The notes under the pieces are model-generated. The model was given only the letters and a program-made list of their open reading frames with translations, ran no database searches and had not been told where the DNA came from. A program made the translations under genes and the position numbers. From the human T2T-CHM13v2.0 reference genome, Homo sapiens: a DNA stretch of 64,000 bases. How positions within the stretch are numbered: position 1 is the first letter of the stretch; every line of letters starts with the position of its first letter. Positions 44,131 through 61,400 of this stretch are shown piece after piece. The stretch lies in NCBI RefSeq assembly GCF_009914755.1, contig NC_060931.1. The stretch is one strand, 5' to 3'.

Positions 44131-44934
44131 TGTAGAATTTTATTGTTTTTATTAGAATGCTGTGTAACAAATTACTATAAATTTGGTGGTTTAAACACCA
44201 CCCCATTAAGTAGTTCACAATGCTACAGGTCAAGAGATGGAGGAGGAGAAGGAGAAGAAAGGGTGACGGAAAAGGTGAGAAGGGAGTACATGCACAGAAA
44301 TGATAAAGTAAATGAGGCAAAATGTAAACAACAAGGTAGGTAAAAGACAGGGAAGCTATTTGTGTTATTCCTGTATCTTTTAAGTTTGAAAGTTATTAAA
44401 ATAAAAAAGCACCCTCTCCTAAAAACAAAAATTAAGAAAAAATATGTGAAGCTATATTAATAGGAGACTTTAAAGTTCACCTCTCTTAAGTGAGCAAAAC
44501 ATAAGGATGTAGATTCGAGGTAAAATAACATCATAAGAAATATGGTGGATCTGTTATTGTGTTGGTTTCTATATTGTCAGCTAATCTCAGCTATTTGCAT
44601 TCCACAGTGGTCTGCATCTGACAGGCCAATTTCTTACAGTGTCTATGGACGCAATCAATATGTCCTTTACTACTAATGATAAATTCTCAATCTGTCTACA
44701 TTCAAAGATTAGACCACATACAAAATCATCATCAATTTCAACTGGTTGCACATCAGAATCAACATAAATATCTTGTTTTCCTTTTATATTTTCAAATACA
44801 TATGCCTAGTGCACATCAAACAAGATACTAGCCTATATTTTTGTCCAAAAGTGATTCTGATGTATAGCCAGATTAAAAACCTCTGCTTAGCTATTGCACT
44901 GATTTTTTATGATGTGGGGATTACAAAAGGGTCT

Positions 44935-45380
44935 ATCATATATAGAACCTTTATAAATATGGTTTCATATATATGATACAACATTTATATTTTATATATG
45001 TATAAATAGATAGGATCTACTGATCTACCATATATATATATATAAATGATACTATCTATAGAGATCTACCTATTCATACCTATATTGTATCATATATGTA
45101 TTTTATATGTTATGAAAGTTATTTAATAACTTCCCAACTTAAAAGATACAAGAACACAAATAGCTTCCCTTTTATCTACCTAGATTCACTAATATATCAC
45201 ATATATATCATATATGATATATATGACACTATAAAGATGATACTGTATCTATGGGTATAGATACGTAGATCTATATATATAAAAATGATACTATCTATGT
45301 GTATATATATATCTATAGATATACTATATATGTGTGTGTGTGTGTGTTTATATACAGTAGGATACATACATATCCTACTA
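44935..45380. repeat. TA-rich low-complexity region with (TG)n
   Basis: Seen directly. Confidence 0.8.
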
Positions 45381-45391
45381 TAGCTTATTAC

Positions 45392-45519
45392 CTGAAATGG
45401 AATAATTTTGGGGGTAATTTTCCAGTTTTCTTTAATCTTCTGTGTGGCAATAGGAGGATGGTGAGTTTAGTGAGATAGAGCTGCATTCAGTCGCCCATTG
45501 CACAGAGACTTTGATATTT
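45392..45519 (-). other. Candidate 128-nt exon
   Basis: ttttatatcag acceptor and CAG|GTAATA donor. Confidence 0.2.
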
Positions 45520-47518
45520 CTGATATAAAACTATTTTAAAAACCCAAACCCACACAAATACTACTCTTATCTGCATGTCTCACTGGGTTTTACAATTAAG
45601 CAATCTCTAACATTTATAAAGGTGATATTAAATAAGGTAACATATTTAATAACTACAGATATAGGATACTTGACAGGCATTCAATAACATTTGTTAAATT
45701 GAGGGAAATACAATTTTTAAAATTTTAAACAATTTCAATTCTATATTGGAACAGATGCTGAAAGTAGCATATTGATACTTTGGCAGCACTTTGCATATGT
45801 GAAATGAGAAGAGACCAAAGAACGATTTCTATGCAGAGTCAAATTTTCTTTTCTTTTCTTTTTTAAAAGATTATTAGGAAGCACACATCTGTAAAAGGAC
45901 AAATCAAGGGCAAGGAGATGGACTTGAAAAGTCTTTTCATTTATTGATGCCTTCAGTGTGTCAGGCATTGTCCACTCAAAATTGAATAAGAAGTGACCTC
46001 TGCTATTAGTGAATTTTCCAACTAGTACAATGATTTTAAGATTCATCCCTCAGTATAATAAAATATTGTCATTTTAAAAATAGACATATATAAGGGGAAG
46101 GCAGGAGATGTGTGTAAAAGACTACACTTGGAGATTTTAATAAGGATTAGATAATGTGTAAAACTATTTCTAGTGCCTGGTACAAGAAAACACCTAATAG
46201 ATGACAGAATTATTGCTGTTATGGACACATACATTCAATAAGAACATAAATTGAAATAACTTTGTCCGTGCAAAATATGATCAATTTCTGACTTCAAATT
46301 AATCTCTTTCTTATGGTCTTAATATTTCAGGGTTTGGTAAACAATCCATATCAACTGCATCCCACTAAGGCTTTGTTTCAAATTTCACCAAACGTGCCAT
46401 AATCATATGTGACAATGGAATATACATTTTGAGTAATACACCCATGTTGGCATCTCTGATTTGCTTTAAAACAGATGCCCACTCGTTCTCATTGTTTACA
46501 TCTTAGTTTATCTACTAGGATCTAGGCTGAAGCATTTTATGCAATTGCTACTGATAATTTGAAAAGCATGCTGCACTGACAATCTTAATTGTGGATGGCA
46601 ATTAAGATTGTCTCAAAAAAAACAGTAATGACTGTACTTGTACCACGTGTTTGGAAGTTCAGAATAGAAAAAATATATAACTATGGGAGCAGGGCTCCAA
46701 TAAATTAATTTAACCTCCTCAATCCCAGAGTTATTCGAGGATCCCCAAACTAAATGAGAGGAGAAAAGGCACACAAAATATTTAAAATTAATTTTTTCAT
46801 GAAGCACAAAATTCTTTCCAAACATATGATTAATACTGATAATTTTCTCAAAGAAAACAAAGTACATAACAACTACCTTGAGGTTAATGAAATCAAAACA
46901 AAAATAGAAGCCTTCAGAATTCTTAATCTTCTGTTTTATTAATAAAGCACTTCCTAGAAAATTTCAGAGGTTGAAGTAAAAATATTGAGGGGAACCACAA
47001 AATCATTTTACAACCCAGAATTGTACAAATATAATAATCTAGTCTTTTGTCTCTCCCTGAAAATAGACTGGGAATAAATTATAAATTATTTAGATTTAAC
47101 ATTAAATGATACATGACCTGTCATCTTGACTGATATTAGACTGATATTAGCCTCTGAGTTTTAGTTTTTACACTATCCTATTTTTTAAGTAGCTTCTAAA
47201 AAAATTCCTAAAAGGCCAGTGGCAGATGGCAAAATATTGATGTCATAACAAGTAAGGTGCCCCCAAAATAATTTCAACATATACTCTGATTTATAATGAA
47301 TAACTCTTTTTTTTGTCTACAGCATTTAAAGGTCACATAGTTTGATGTGATTTAACAGAGAGAAAATTCATGCCAGAATATAAGAAAGTCTATAGACTTA
47401 TATTGAAAACCGTAAGCACTAGTAAAGAAGCCGAAATTTTTCTGTTAATACCTCAGTCAATGTCTGAGAACCTCTAAATGGTAAAGGTATGTATATAATT
47501 GTCAGTTAAAATTATGTT

Positions 47519-47798
<280 letters not shown>

Positions 47799-47851
<53 letters not shown>

Positions 47852-47885
47852 TAAAAAAAAAAAATATATATATATATATATATAT
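47799..47885. repeat. Compound (A)n(TA)n(A)n(TA)n microsatellite
   Basis: Seen directly at the Alu tail. Confidence 0.93.
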
Positions 47886-47922
47886 GCCAAAAAGAAACAA
47901 TGTACAACTTAATTTTCCTGGC

Positions 47923-48212
47923 TCTGATGGTTAATTTGTGTATCAACTTGACTGGACCACAGGGTGCCCAGATATTTGGTCAAATATTAAGTGTTTCTGA
48001 GAAGGTGTTTTGGGATGAGATTAATATTTAACTAGGTAGAATGAATAAAGCAGATGGCTTTTCACAGTATAGTAAGCCTCATCCAAATCAAATGAAAGCC
48101 TGAGACATCCACTCTTCAGATTTTGGACTTACCAGCCTCCATAAGTTCATGAGCCAAATGTTTATCTGTATTCATATCTATATCTCCTCTTTGGTGTTTC
48201 TCTGTAGAACTT
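47923..48212 (+). mobile_element. MLT2 (ERVL) LTR, internally deleted
   Basis: tgatggttaatttgtgtatcaacttgactgg...cagcctccataa..catgagccaa. Confidence 0.75.
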
Positions 48213-49249
48213 ACACTGGCAAATGTCTAAGCATTCTTCACCAGATAACTAATAATTCCCAGGTTCTCATCATAGGATTCCTACCTCTTCTCATGCTATA
48301 CAAAGCAATCAACTTATACCTTACTCATCAATCAACGGATGCTTCCTACCAATTTCCTGAACCAATTTCCTAATTCTCCAATAAGGTCCACCTCAAGTAC
48401 CATCTGTTTTAATAACTATAGCCTGTGTTTTAGATGTATTTTGGTGTGTATGTGACTTGGCTAGGAAAAGGAATGCACAGGCAACAATCATCAAGGAGAC
48501 TTTCAAAACTACAAAAATTCCTATTTCTAATACATAAAAGTATCTCTCTCAAATATATATCAACACAAACCCAGCATTCTCCTTCTACTCAGGTAGAAAT
48601 CACTGCAGTATTGAATCTAAGTATTCCTGAGGAAAGGCTTTTCAGTATAGGGTTTCAGAAAAAAACAAAGAAATCTATATGTAATACAACCCTTGTAAGT
48701 TTATTCAGAGCTGATATCTATGCATTATGCACCAAAAGAGCCATACCAGTTCCTTATAGCCAATAATCATTTCAATAGTCAGCAGATGCATTATGATTAT
48801 TTAGTGCTCATGTCATACTATATATTTTTAATACTGCCTTTGCTTTTTATTGTGGTAGATACTTTTATATATTTTACCTAATGATTACAATAAAGCAGTA
48901 TGAATTATTTTCCCCATTTTATAGATCAATAAAAGGTGTCTATAAAGCAAGTAAATTGCCCAAGTTCACAGGCATAAAATTGTCAACTTTAAGATTTCTA
49001 GCTGAAATCTATGTGAAGTTAGCATCCTGAAAGATTTTTTTCCTCTAACACTGTTTTGTGTTTTGATTTTACTTTGATTATAGTTTCTATATTACAGTAT
49101 ATTTTTTGTCCTTCTCTTCCACAAGATCACAAACTCCTGAACTCTGCTTATGATTTCTCAGTATCATCCCAAGCTTTGGAACACAGTACCAAGAAGATAT
49201 TCAAGACTTATTTTCCAGGCTCTGTACTAGGATCATGAGTAACACACAT

Positions 49250-49963
49250 TGTTATGGATTGAACTGTGTTTCCCCCAAAATTAGCATGTTGGAATCCTAC
49301 CCACCAGTATACCTCAGAACGTAACTTTATTTGGAGATATGGTCTTTAGGGAGATGATTAAACTAAGATGAGGTCATTAGGGTAGGCCCTTATAGGAAAA
49401 AGAAATATTGGCTGGGCACGGTGGCATGTGGTGGCTCACACCTGTAATCCCAGCACTTTGGAAGGCCAAAGCGAATGGATTGCTTGAGGTCAGAAGTTCA
49501 AGACCAGCCTGGCCAATATGGCAAAACCCTGTCTCTACTAAAAATACAGAAATTAGCTGAGCGTGGTGGTGTGTGCCTGTAATTCCAGCTACTTGCAAGA
49601 CTGAGGCATGAGAATCACTTGAACCTGGGAAGCAGAGGTTGCAGTGAGCCAAGATTGTACCACTGTACTCCAGCCTGGGTGAAAAAAAGAAAGGAAGGAA
49701 GGAAGGGAGGGAGGGAGGGAGGGAGGGAGGGAAGGAAAGAAGGAAATAAATATGTACACAGACATCTACAGAGGGAAGACTATGTATAGACAAAGGATGA
49801 AGAAACCACCTACAAGGCAAGGAGAGAGGCTTTAGAAGAAATGAAACCTACCAAAACCTTGATCTCAGACTTCTAGCACCCAAAGTTGTGAAAAAATAAA
49901 TTTTGGTTGTTTGAGCCACCCAGACTTGGTACTTTGTTATGGCACCACAGGCAGACTAATATA
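49250..49963 (+). mobile_element. MLT1B-like LTR interrupted by an Alu
   Basis: tgttatggattgaactgtg start, gcagactaatata end; 5-bp TSD (C/T)ACAT. Confidence 0.82.
49410..49745 (+). mobile_element. AluS with (GGAA)/(GGGA) microsatellite tail
   Basis: Alu dimer inside MLT1. Confidence 0.92.
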
Positions 49964-50225
49964 TACATTTCCTTACATCAATTTAAATAAAAATTGGTGT
50001 TAAACAATGACTGTTTAAAAAAGAAGACAGAGGTAGAAAGATCAAGAAATTATCACTGAATTCTTATTTTAGAGAAATAAAAAATACAAACATTTTTCTT
50101 TCAAGCCAGTAACAACTATCAATTAAGTCAAGCTAAAATATTTATTTTAAATCTATATATTCTAAAAAAAAAATAAAACAAGCCTTAAAAAATATCTTTA
50201 ACATAGTGTAATTCCAACTTTATTA

Positions 50226-53640
<3,415 letters not shown>

Positions 53641-55724
53641 TCAGATTTTCCTGAACTCTAATGCAATAGGCACATGCATTATTTTCTCCTTACTTCTGTT
53701 TGAGAATATAGATATACATACATTTACTTATTTCCATCTGGAAGTAGAAAATTTCAATTATGCACTTTATGGTAGATGAAACACGGTGGAAATGTACTTG
53801 TTACATGCCTCCCTAATCACGCAACATAATTCTCATTGACAGCTGCTTATCTAACACAACATTAGCCATTGTGTACCAAAATCAAAGTCATACATGTCTC
53901 TCATTTGCATAGTTATATTAATCAATTATGAGTTAACAATACTCTCTTAACCGTACTCTAAATCTGATGGCTACAGATATAGAACTTAAAAGTTTTGGCT
54001 GCTTCACTGGTCCACAATGTACTAGAGAAGACAATATCCTCAAATACCAAAGACAATTAGTATTTATTGAAGCACATATGATATTAATCCAGAACTTCTC
54101 AGGAGGTCAGTTGTCCTTTTGTGCAGGACTCTTCAATGCTATAGCTATGTACTATTAGGTCCAAGTGGAGGAAGTAAGAGAAGACACGGAGGCTTTTCCA
54201 AGCAAAATATCTTCCTCTTCCTCTACTTCTTTCAAGGAGTTGATGGTAGCACAGAGGGAGGAAGAATTAGAATTCAAGCCATCTCCCCTGAAGGGTGCAT
54301 TAAGGAATACCTAGTTTGAAATTCTGAATGTCAGAGTTTTGACTATATCCATCCATCTGCCAGACTCCTTTTAAATTTTCTCAAATTTCAGTCCAGTTGT
54401 AAGTGCAACAGAATTTCTTCAGGGTTCAACTCCCTGATTAATGTTATTTGCAAACTAAATATAGCCACTTTTCATTTGAATACATGATTCAACAAAATGT
54501 AGTTATATATAATGTGGTTTCATAAATGTTCAATTCCAGTGTTATTCTAACTAAAATCTCTCATAAGCAAAATGATGTATAAATCTCAAAGTTCATAAAA
54601 GAGGCCAAAACCCAATCAGTAACACAAGTATCTTTAAAAAATTCCTTACTTTCCTTGAACATTGGATCTCTTGGTATATAGAAAGTATACTGTCCTCTAT
54701 AGACAGAAAATGGATGTAATCAGGGGTCTTTTGATTTAATTTCACAAAACAGTAATACGTAAAGTTTCTAATACACACAGCTTCTGCTTTACCATATGAC
54801 AGACCCACGACACATTAAGGAGCAAGGAATATGCATATGCCTGTATCAATTAATCACCTCTAGTAAGAATGGTATTTGTATTTTACAAGAAACTCAGTAA
54901 CAATGGAAGAAAGGCAAACAAACACTAAGGTAGATCCTCAAGCAGGTGGGCAAAATATCGAGAAATCTGTCTCCAATTTTCTTGGAAACACTCAACACCA
55001 TGCAATTCTTCCATCGAGCCTCATGGTCCACTGTACTGACCTCTTGAGTCAAAGTTAGATGTGCCTCCAGAAATAAGAAACATATCAAATCCAAAAGTAG
55101 CCATTTCCAAAAGATGTTTCAAGTTGTAATCCATTCAAAGTAAGAGCAGTGGCTTCCATTATTCTATTGCATTCTTTGAATCAAAAGCCAATCTTAGAGT
55201 CTATTCTCTGTCTCACATGAAAGAATTTTAAAATAATATTAAAGAGAATCACCACTATTGAGTCCTGATATCTCTAAGTTTCATCTGTAAAGGATACTCA
55301 AGGTTTGTCTGAACACCTTGCAATAGGAAGCTATTAGACTAGGAAAAGGAAGGCAGGCAGTAAATAAAGGAAGGACAACCAACAAGGCATTACTACAATA
55401 TAAATGGACGGAGACAACAAATAAAGACATGCAAGAAAACCATACACGCCCACACTGAAAGGTCAAAGTGGTCTTCTGAAAAGCTAACACAGAAGCTAAC
55501 TGAGCATGTTTCAACTGGAGGACAATGGCACATAGGCAGATTTTTAAAAGACACTTAATATTATCAGATCTTAACCACATTTTTAAGTGAGTCACTGAAT
55601 ATAGGATGAAGTTTCCTACCTTAGAACTAAAAGTAAGGACCAGGCATGTGACATCTTGTCTCCGGCACATGTTTTTACATGTAAGTGGTATAGTCAAGCA
55701 TATGACTGTTTTCTAACTAAATGA

Positions 55725-55859
55725 TAGCTTTCTTTCCCCTTCTTTCTTGCCTATTAAACTCCCTGCTCCTTAAAACTATTCCACGTGTGTCCATGTCATT
55801 TTTTCTAATTCAACTCAAAATGAAAAGCCTGGTGTTCTCTACTCATCAGAGCTGTATCA
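55725..55859 (+). mobile_element. ERV1-type LTR 3' fragment
   Basis: cctattaaactc...ccacgtgtgtcc...gagctgtatca end. Confidence 0.5.
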
Positions 55860-58800
55860 ATACCATACTTTTTTTTTCTTTTCAAAGTATATATTCTCTA
55901 AGTTAGTTGAGAGAAAAGTTAGAAGGAAAAGCAAAGTTCCAAGGTTGGTGACTCATGAGGATATTTACCAAATGTACTATTTGCTTTGAGCATAAATATC
56001 ATCATTTGGGTTTTTATGGGTTTTTTTTAACTACCTACATCAGAGTGAAGTGTCAGTGGCTGGCTTTTGTCTGATATCAAGTCTTATTTAACTAGTTGCT
56101 TAATACCTCAATGTGACCTTCAAAAGCGACAGATTTACTTGTATATGCTTAAATTACTATTTTGCTGACAACAAATTAAGGAAATGGTAAAACTAAAACA
56201 AGTGAACTCTACTTTTCCTAATCCTGACCCAAATATTGAACTTTCCAATTTACTTTTTTTTTACAGTAAGATTTCAAGGGGAACAAACTGCTCTTAAATC
56301 CTGTTGCTGCCTTCCTGCTTTTACTAATTCAAGTTTGACACAAATGTTCTCACAGATTCACAAAACATACAGTCACAGTATTCTATGAGAGAGTGAAGAA
56401 CAAAAAATATTATGTATAAAGAAGTTATGGTGTTATTCTGAAAATTCGGAAAATTAAGTGTCATACTCAAAGCCAGAAACATCAAAACTTGGGGTTACTA
56501 TATACATAATCTTAGCTGTCACTTTGCATTGTCCAAAACACATGACTAATAACATAAATGGTGTTATCCCTGGGTATTTAACAAGAAAAAGCCTGATGAG
56601 AACATACCACAGATGCGGAATGTTGTCTGGTCACAGATGTGGAAAACCTGATTTAAAGTTCCTCATCTTTCCAACTTGATCCAAGGGATTCAAAAACAAA
56701 CAATCTTGCACTTCAAATGCCATAATTTTAAGTAAAAAAGTTAAAGGATCGCTAAGAAATCAAGGGACTAGTTTCTGCATATGAATAAAACACACTCCAA
56801 CACAGTATTCCTAGTTCTCAGCAATTCTGAACCAAAGGTATTCTCATGTGATTTTATTCATTGCAGTCAATGCCAATTAAAAGTATATTTAGCTACTTTC
56901 AATGTATAAATATAAAAGAATTTAACTGCTCTTCTATCGGTATAGTTTTTCAGAAACAAATAAAATATGGCATGAGGATAACTTGACAGTTGCTAAGTAC
57001 TTATTGAAAGAAATCTACCAGTATCACTTATCTGAATAAGATGTAAGTTTCTGAACCAACAAGAATTTCAGAGAAAATCAATTCAATTTCCTTAAAATAC
57101 CTAACAAATGGAAAATATTACATAATAACTGGAAAAAAGATTAACTAAAGCCAGTTAAAACCAAAAGGGATGAAATGGATTTCCAATTTTACCTATTTTT
57201 CCTCTTTTTTAATACACACAACCATATATGAAAACAGGCACCATGAGGCAGTTTTGTAGCACAAGCTTACTTGGGTTTGTACAAGTATAACCAAGAAAGA
57301 ATAAAATAAAATGTTAAAAGTACTCTTTAGCCACAATATTGAATATATTAAGTAGATGAAGAATGGAGGTAGAAAATAAATGCAATAGTTTATTTAGAAA
57401 TTCCACTGGGGCTTTTCTTAGAAACTCTTAGAATACTGACCTTCATGCCAGGATATGGTCAGCATACTAAATCAAGTGTGGGTTGGAACCGTTTGTATGG
57501 CTTATGCAAATCTATATAAAGTATGTTACCACTGGCATCTGTTACCACTTTAATCATTTGGGTTCATCTGAGCATGCAGAGCAGACTTGGGTGGGCTCAA
57601 CCAGCTTGGGCAACAAAACTACAATACCTCTTTGTTAAGTGGATATTTACAAACTTATCAGTCAGTCCAGTGTCTTGTTGTACCAATTAATCATACTACT
57701 CCGTAGAAAATTGTTTTAAATTTCACTCACAGTAGAAGCCTGAATGAGTTAAACATTAAAGAACAACAACCAAATCCAACCCTCTGCCTAAGAAAAGGGA
57801 TTATGACGAATACTTTTTTATACAGTTTTAACAAATTTGTAATTAATTATATTTTAATAGACTCTGAAAGACAAATGAAACTACCACTTTCTATACATGT
57901 TTCTTCAAATAGTTTACCATAAATGAAAATACATATAAACACACTGATGCTAAAATAAATTAAGCTTTAAAATTACCTAAAAACATAAGATAAAAATCAG
58001 ATTTGGAGACTTGCTATCTACCACAATTTGGAGATTCTAGTCAAAAGCATGCCTTGAAGTTAGCAAACCTACACCAAATACCAATGAAAGAATATTCGTT
58101 TTTCTCCTAACATCAAAATTCCCATACTAAACCAAAGATGTTGACTTGAACATAAATTAAGATGGACCAAAACACACAGGCTACTTTGGTGACAAGTAAA
58201 TTTTGGAGTACAAAATGTTCTTGCAAAACATGAGACATGATATTTATCCTAGAAATGTTTTCTAGCACCTGAAAACAAACTAAGTAAACAACAAAATAGT
58301 TACTTTAATAGAATACAATTTGTTGACCAGGAATAACTGTTATTTGAGAGAAAAAACAGCTCAGGAAGGACACTTAAAAAAAAACAAACATGAAGCACTC
58401 ATCACAGAACAAAAAAAGTTCCATCCTAGAAAGGAAATCTGTTATGTCTAGATAATGAACATCAACTACCAGAACTAACAACAACAGAAAAAAAACAATT
58501 AAACAGTACCCCAAATCATTTTAAAACAATTATTTTGATTTGGAATTTTATTATTTTTTCTGAGCATGTCTAGAAATCTGTCATTACAACATTATATGCT
58601 TTTCACACACCTGTGATGCCAGTAACAAACACTTTCTAGAAGACTGTACTATGTGCTTAGGAAAACACTGGGAGAGAAAATTTTCTGTCTTACTTATAGG
58701 ATTATTCTTCATCACACCAGCTGAAGGTATAGTTTTCAACTCAGAGGAATCAGAGCTAGGCAAGCTGAGCTTTATAAACCACTGATGTACTCACCCAAGA

Positions 58801-58879
58801 GAGAGCTCTTGAATCCAGCATCTGCTTTAGCAGGCAGCAGGAGTAGCTATGTGAATCAGAGGTACAAAATGGACATATC

Positions 58880-59075
58880 CTAGAGTCGAGTCAAACTTAA
58901 AGACAATGTAGACCTGAGCTTAAATAATGGATCTTGCTCTTACCAACCGTGTGACCCAGAGGAAAGTAACCTAGGTCAGGTTTCCCAACTGCAAAATGAG
59001 AGCAATGTATATATCTTACAGCGTTATTGTAAAGAATAAGTGAGATAACATATAAGGCACCTAGCATGAGTCCAA
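58880..59075 (+). mobile_element. MIR
   Basis: gtgtgacc...aagtaacct...tttccc..ctgcaaaatgag...gttattgtaaagaataagtgagataa. Confidence 0.72.
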
Positions 59076-59373
59076 TGTCCTCCAAGTCTTGGTTTTAAAT
59101 CTTGACAAAGAATGCTCAAATACCATACCATTTCTATGTTTTAAAAGGAAAAAAACAATGATATAGTGATAGATATTCTAGTTCCCTATAAGCATGTGTC
59201 AGGAGCAGGGAGAGTGGTAAGGCAGGAGAGAAGGGCCATAAATTCCCTTAGATTCTAGGGAAAAACTGCAGCTGCATCTGTTAGCCTATTATGCAATTCA
59301 ATTCAACTAAATGTTAGGGGATGCAACATAAAAATTAGACATTCTTTCCACCTTCATTGAATCACAATCTAAA

Positions 59374-60101
59374 ACAGGTAATACAGTGTTGCAGGCAATG
59401 CTGAAATCCAAAAAGTTCTTAAAACCATAATAAACAATTGTTTTTATATAAATTTGCAGGCAAAATCAGTCCTGAACTTGAACTGGCTTAGAAGCTCTAT
59501 AGCCTTTATTACTGCATTTAGCATAAACATTTATGCATCTTAAATTTCACCTTGTGGTAGGATACAAAATCCCACCTTTGGGTTTGTACTGGAACTCTAC
59601 CACTGGCTTTCCTGGGCCTCCAGCTTGCAGCTGGCAGATCGTGGGACTTAGCCTCCATCATCACATGAGCCAATCCCTCAAAATAAATCTATGTATACAT
59701 CCTATCTATATCTCTGTATATCCTGCTGGTTCTGTTTCTCTAAATAACCCTGATTAATACACTAGGAAAATGCCTACAGGTAAATATACAGCTCTCATAG
59801 TATGCTATATGCTCTGTTATATTTTGGAATTTTTTTTTAATCCAAGAGTTCTCTCTTTCCTATGCCCAGAGAGGCATTTCTACTATCAGAGACAATTTGA
59901 ATACAAGTCATAAATGGAGGGGGTAAACTCAGGTGAGCAAACAAGCATTTGCAGCTGGGAGAGCATCGTAAGACTTAAAGCTCTTAATGCAATAAAGATA
60001 TTATAACATGTGATGTACTGCAGTAGCTTCTAGAAGTACAAATTATTCCAAATTCTAAGACATATATAGCCCAAAGGTTTCAGATAAGGGAATTTGTACA
60101 A
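59374..60101 (-). mobile_element. MER46C/Tigger-type MITE split by a 430-bp insertion
   Basis: tgaaatccaaaaagttct (left half) and gcccaaaggtttcagataaggga (right half) resemble the two halves of one element. Confidence 0.6.
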
Positions 60102-61148
60102 TCTCTATTTAAGGGAGGGAAAAAAAGGAATAGAAATATAAAAAGATCAAACTGCCTAAGGCAGAGACTTGTGGTTAACATTCTCTTTCCCAAGTCAGCA
60201 TTTGCTTTAGAACTCTCAAATACCCTATTATATGGAAACAATAACACTACTATAATACAACATCAAGTTCTTGAAGAAATAAGAGATAGAGATAAAATAC
60301 ATAAAATGCTTCAAATAATGCCCAGCACAAAGTAAGTGCCCAATTAATGCTGTGTAATAGTAATAGTGCCTAGGAAAATACTTTGAACATGGTTAATTTT
60401 GTGTCATAAATTATGTGTCATAAAAATGGTTAATTTTATGTGTCAATTACATCTGGCTAAGGGATCCCCAATTAGCTGGTAAAACATTATTATTGAGTGT
60501 GCCTATGAGGGTGTTTCCAGAACAGATTAACATTTCCATTGGAAGACTTAGAAGATCATCCTCACTGAAGTGTGGGAGCATCATCCAATCCACTGAGGTC
60601 CTGAACAGAACAAAAAGGCAAAGGAAAGGCAGATTCTCCCTTCTAAAGCAGAGACAGGTTCTGGGTCTTCTTGGGACTCCGACTGGGATTTACACCCTTG
60701 ACTTCCCTTGTTCTCAGGCCTTTGGGTTTGTACTGGAACTCTACCACTGGCTTTCCTGGGCCTCCAGCTTACAGCTGGCAGATCGTGGGACTTAGCCTCC
60801 ATCATCACGTGAGCCAATCCCTCATAATAAATCTATGTATGCATCTTATCTATATCTCTGTACATCCTACTGGTTCTGTTTCTCTAAACAACCCTGATTA
60901 ATACACTAGGAAAATGCCTACAGGTAAATATACAGCTCTCATAGTAGGCTATATACTATATTACACTTTGGAATTTTTTTTAATCCAAGAGTTCTCTCTT
61001 TCCTATGCCCAGAGAGGCATTTCTACTATCAGAGATAGCCTTGAGTACAAGTCATAAATGGAAGGGGTAATCTCAGGTGAGCAAACAAGCATTTGCAGCT
61101 GGGAGAGCATCGTAAGACTTAAAGCTCTTAATGCAATAAAGATATTAT
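59575..61148 (+). repeat. 430-bp direct duplication (59575-60004 and 60719-61148)
   Basis: About 22 differences by manual count (~95% identity). Confidence 0.95.
60389..60905 (+). mobile_element. MLT2B-like ERVL LTR
   Basis: atggttaattttatgtgtcaa...agctggtaaaacattatt...accctgattaataca. Confidence 0.88.
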
Positions 61149-61199
61149 TTAGAAATAAACCTATAAAAGACTGAGGAGCAGCCTAGAGGAAGATGTCTG

Positions 61200-61400
61200 G
61201 AATTTAATGTACAAACTAATCAACCAGAGCTCCTGTTAAAATGTATATTCTGACTGAATGAGGTGGGGCCTGAGATTCTAGTCCTCAGGTAATCACAATG
61301 CTGCTGGTCTAGAGCATTTACTGAGAGTAGAAAGGCCCCAGAGCAGTGATCCTCAAAGTGTACCAGAAGCATCAGAATCTCCTGGGAAGTTATTAGATAT
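61200..61400. mobile_element. MER5-type fragments
   Basis: ggtggggcctgagattct...tgctgctggtc; gcagtgatcctcaaagtgt..agcatcagaatc. Confidence 0.55.

Noticed and set aside
49377-49820. 147-aa ORF and similar ORFs at 25325, 28252, 35801, 42534 and 47634
   Set aside because: Translations of antisense Alu and simple repeats
59533-60901. Two paralogous peptides (PLGLYWNSTTGFPGPPA...)
   Set aside because: Both are MLT2 LTR sequence within the 430-bp duplication, not a gene pair
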